DNA from: Nannocystis bainbridge | GTDB lineage: Bacteria; Myxococcota_A; Polyangia; Nannocystales; Nannocystaceae | Reading direction: 5' to 3' | Length of the DNA stretch: 64,000 nucleotides | Assembly: GCF_028368995.1 (NCBI RefSeq) | Contig: NZ_JAQNDL010000001.1 | Coordinates: 3,328,001-3,392,000, forward strand | Shown: positions 61,335-64,000 of the stretch, piece by piece | Layout of the letters: each line of letters begins with the position of its first letter | Numbering within the stretch: position 1 is the first letter of the stretch | Notes under the pieces: generated by a model | The model's database searches: none | What the model saw: the letters and a program-made list of their open reading frames with translations, nothing else | What the model was told of the DNA's origin: nothing | Made by a program: the position numbers and the translations under genes

Positions 61335-63425
61335 ATGGCCACGCCGATCGACCGCGCGAGCCTGCTCGCCGACCTCTGCAACGACCGCGAGCTCGCGCGA
61401 CCGCGGCGCCTGATTCACGGCGCAGTCCTGCCCGGCGCTCACCTCGATCTCGAGGGCCTCGCGCTCGCCGACCTCCTCCCCGCGCTCGACCTCCCCGCCC
61501 TGCGCGGCCTGTGGCTCGGCGGCTGCGACCTCGGCCCCGACGCCGCCCGGACGCTCGCCGCCTTGCTCGCCCGTCACCCGAACCTCGGGCACCTCTCCCT
61601 GCGCAAGACCCCACTCGGCCCCCGCTCGCTCTCCGACCTCCTGCCCGCGCTCGCCGCCCACCCCGCGCTGCGCAGCCTCGACCTCGGCCACACGGGCCTC
61701 ATGCCTCACGAGACATGTCGCATCGGACATGCCCTCAAGGACATCGACGACCTCCGCCTCGACGGCCCCATCCCCCTCGACGGCCCCGCGATCGCCGAGT
61801 GGGCCGGGCTGCTCGCGCGAGGTCGCTGGCACCGCCTCGCCCTCCCCGCCGCCCTCGAAGCGCGCCCGCTGCTCGCCGCCCTCGAAACCAACTCCCGCCT
61901 CTGCGTCCTCGACCTCGAGGGCCTCGCCCCCGACCTGCGCGCCGACCTCCTCGCCCGCCTCGCCCGCAACGCCAACCGCAACCCCACGCGCCGGCCCGTC
62001 CCCGACCTCGCCCGCCTGCGCCGCGCCCTCCCGCCCCTCGCGCCCGCCTCCGACCTCCCGCCCCCGCTCACCGAGCCCGACCTCGACATCGCCCTCCGCC
62101 TCCTCTCGCACCTGTCCCTTCGGCCATCTCTCCTCCGTGGCGACCACCCCCGGCTCGTCGCCCTGCGTCAGGCTATTTACAACTTTCACCGCGACGATCG
62201 CCGCCACGCCCGCAGCGAGCGGCGCCGCGATCGTCAGCGGCGCGACGCCCAGGAGGCCGAAGATCGCCAGCGCGCCGAAGCGGCCGCCATTCGCAAGCGC
62301 CACCTCGGCGTCGCCGCCACCCCCGAGCCCCCGCCCGAGCCCACCGTCCACGAGTTGCACGCCCCGCGCCCCTGCTACGTGTGCAAGCAGCCCTACACCC
62401 GCCTGCATTTCTTCTACGACCGCCTGTGCCCCGCCTGCGCCGCCCGCAGCTACGCCCGCCGCGGTGATGCTGTCGACCTGCGCGGACGGATCGCCCTCGT
62501 CACTGGCGGCCGCATCAAGATCGGTCACCAGGTCGCCCTCCGTCTCCTGCGCTGGGGCGCGCGCGTCCTCGTCACCTCGCGCTTCGCCCGCGACACCGCC
62601 CGTCGCTTCGCCGACCAGCCCGACTTCGAAGCCTTCCGCGATCGCCTCGAGATCATCGCCCTCGATCTGCGGCAGATCCCCCGCGTCGAGGCCTTCGCCG
62701 CCAGGCTCGACGCCGAGCTGCCCGCCCTCGACATCCTCGTCAACAACGCCGCCCAGACCATCCACCGCCCGCCCGAGTTCTACGCCGCCCTGCTCGCCGA
62801 CGAGGCCCGCCCCGAGGCCCTGCCGCCGGCCCTGCAGTCCTTGCTCGCCGAACCACATGTCCCCGGGGACATCTCACTCCCCGAACACCCGCTGTTCCCC
62901 CAGCGCAGCGACGACGGCTTCGGCCAGCCGCTCGACCTGCGCGAGCGCAACAGCTGGCGCCTCCGCCTCGACGAGGTCGGCACCCTCGAGATGGTCGAGG
63001 TCCAGCTGATCAACGCCGTCGCCCCCTTCGTCCTCAACGCCCGCCTGCGGCACACCATGGCCCGCGCCGACCGGGCCGCCTTCGTCGTCAACGTCAGCGC
63101 CCCCGAGGGCCGGTTCGACCGCGACTGGAAGGCCCCCTTCCACCCGCACACCAACATGGCCAAGGCCGCCCTCAACATGATGACGCGCACCGCCGCCGAC
63201 GACTACGCGACTGACCGCATCTTCATGACCAGCGTCGACACCGGCTGGGCCTCCAACGAAAACCCCGCGCCGATCGCCGACGCCATGCGCGACCGCGGCT
63301 TCATGCCCCCCCTCGACCTCGTCGACGCCGCCGCCCGCGTCTGCGACCCAATCGTCCGCGGCCTCCGCGACGGCGAATTCCTGCGCGGCGTATTTTTAAA
63401 GGATTTCGAGCCGATCAGCTGGTAA
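61335..63425 (+). CDS. LRR + Zn-finger + SDR oxidoreductase fusion
   Basis: RI-like LRRs (LRGLWLGGCDLG, LRSLDLGHT); CYVC...CPAC; TGGRIKIG, LVNNAAQT, HTNMAKAALNMMT and VDTGW. Confidence 0.85.
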   Translation: MATPIDRASLLADLCNDRELARPRRLIHGAVLPGAHLDLEGLALADLLPALDLPALRGLWLGGCDLGPDAARTLAALLARHPNLGHLSLRKTPLGPRSLSDLLPALAAHPALRSLDLGHTGLMPHETCRIGHALKDIDDLRLDGPIPLDGPAIAEWAGLLARGRWHRLALPAALEARPLLAALETNSRLCVLDLEGLAPDLRADLLARLARNANRNPTRRPVPDLARLRRALPPLAPASDLPPPLTEPDLDIALRLLSHLSLRPSLLRGDHPRLVALRQAIYNFHRDDRRHARSERRRDRQRRDAQEAEDRQRAEAAAIRKRHLGVAATPEPPPEPTVHELHAPRPCYVCKQPYTRLHFFYDRLCPACAARSYARRGDAVDLRGRIALVTGGRIKIGHQVALRLLRWGARVLVTSRFARDTARRFADQPDFEAFRDRLEIIALDLRQIPRVEAFAARLDAELPALDILVNNAAQTIHRPPEFYAALLADEARPEALPPALQSLLAEPHVPGDISLPEHPLFPQRSDDGFGQPLDLRERNSWRLRLDEVGTLEMVEVQLINAVAPFVLNARLRHTMARADRAAFVVNVSAPEGRFDRDWKAPFHPHTNMAKAALNMMTRTAADDYATDRIFMTSVDTGWASNENPAPIADAMRDRGFMPPLDLVDAAARVCDPIVRGLRDGEFLRGVFLKDFEPISW

Positions 63426-63470
63426 TGATAATATGTCCTTCGGGACATATTAGCATTCCTTCGGCCGCTT

Positions 63471-63908
63471 TCAGCATATGAACTGCTTGAACACCGCGCG
63501 CCGCACCTGCGCGCGGTCCCACGCCTCTCGCAACGGCGGAGCGTTCGCCGCCCTGTCGCGCGTCGAGTGCGGCGCCTCGGCGAAATCGACATCGTCGAGG
63601 TCCGCCTCGCTCGCCACCACCCGCAGCGACAGCGCCGCCAGCGTCAGCCCGCCCGCATCGCGGACGAACCGCAGCACCGGCGCCGCCCGGCCCGCCCCGC
63701 AGCGACAGCCACGATCGCCGCGCCGACCGATCAGCGTCAGCCCGCCCCGCGTCACCGGATGGCGCAGCCGCGTGTAGTAGCCGCGGTCGACGTCCTCTTC
63801 CAGCCACGCGACCTCGCCCGCGATCCGGCAGCCCGGCCGCAGCGTCCCGCCGGTCCATGCCGACCCGAAGAACGACTGCGCATAGTCCGGGTGCGACAGC
63901 AGCAACAT
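63471..63908 (-). CDS. Hypothetical protein (start may be further upstream or off-window)
   Basis: Protein-like ORF LLLSHPDYAQSFFGSAW... Confidence 0.5.
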   Translation of the reverse strand: MLLLSHPDYAQSFFGSAWTGGTLRPGCRIAGEVAWLEEDVDRGYYTRLRHPVTRGGLTLIGRRGDRGCRCGAGRAAPVLRFVRDAGGLTLAALSLRVVASEADLDDVDFAEAPHSTRDRAANAPPLREAWDRAQVRRAVFKQFIC

Positions 63909-64000
63909 CTCCGAGCGCTCGCGCCGGTCTCCGCACGCTTCGCATTGGAACTCGCCTGCGACGTGGGTCCACGGCGACGACCCGTCCTCCGGTTCCGACG

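Overview
High-GC window that looks myxobacterial (Nannocystis-like, inferred from Thr-rich lipoproteins, FG-GAP/LRR lipoproteins and an ECF cluster). It holds about 45 CDS. Housekeeping and metabolic genes include TolC, pgeF, an RluA-family synthase, eno, an FKBP, a USP, a PP2C, SDRs, a Rieske oxygenase and a CDF transporter. I found no rRNA, tRNA, cas or transposase genes. Main observations: (1) a degenerate, cas-less type I-E-like CRISPR array split in two by an intact membrane adenylate cyclase gene (5703-7766); (2) two translationally coupled class III cyclase genes with complementary catalytic-residue losses, suggesting a C1/C2-type obligate heterodimer (10758-13189); (3) a gapped palindrome TGTC-N6-GACA present about 30 times, inside and between genes, often as 14-bp-period arrays; (4) an eight-gene radical SAM/soluble FtsH/MoxR/vWA ternary conflict locus (50311-60979); (5) secreted candidate weapons or defences: a pro-bacteriocin/immunity-like pair, a conotoxin-like Cys peptide and a DAIP protease-inhibitor homolog. 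All calls were made by eye from motifs, with no database searches.
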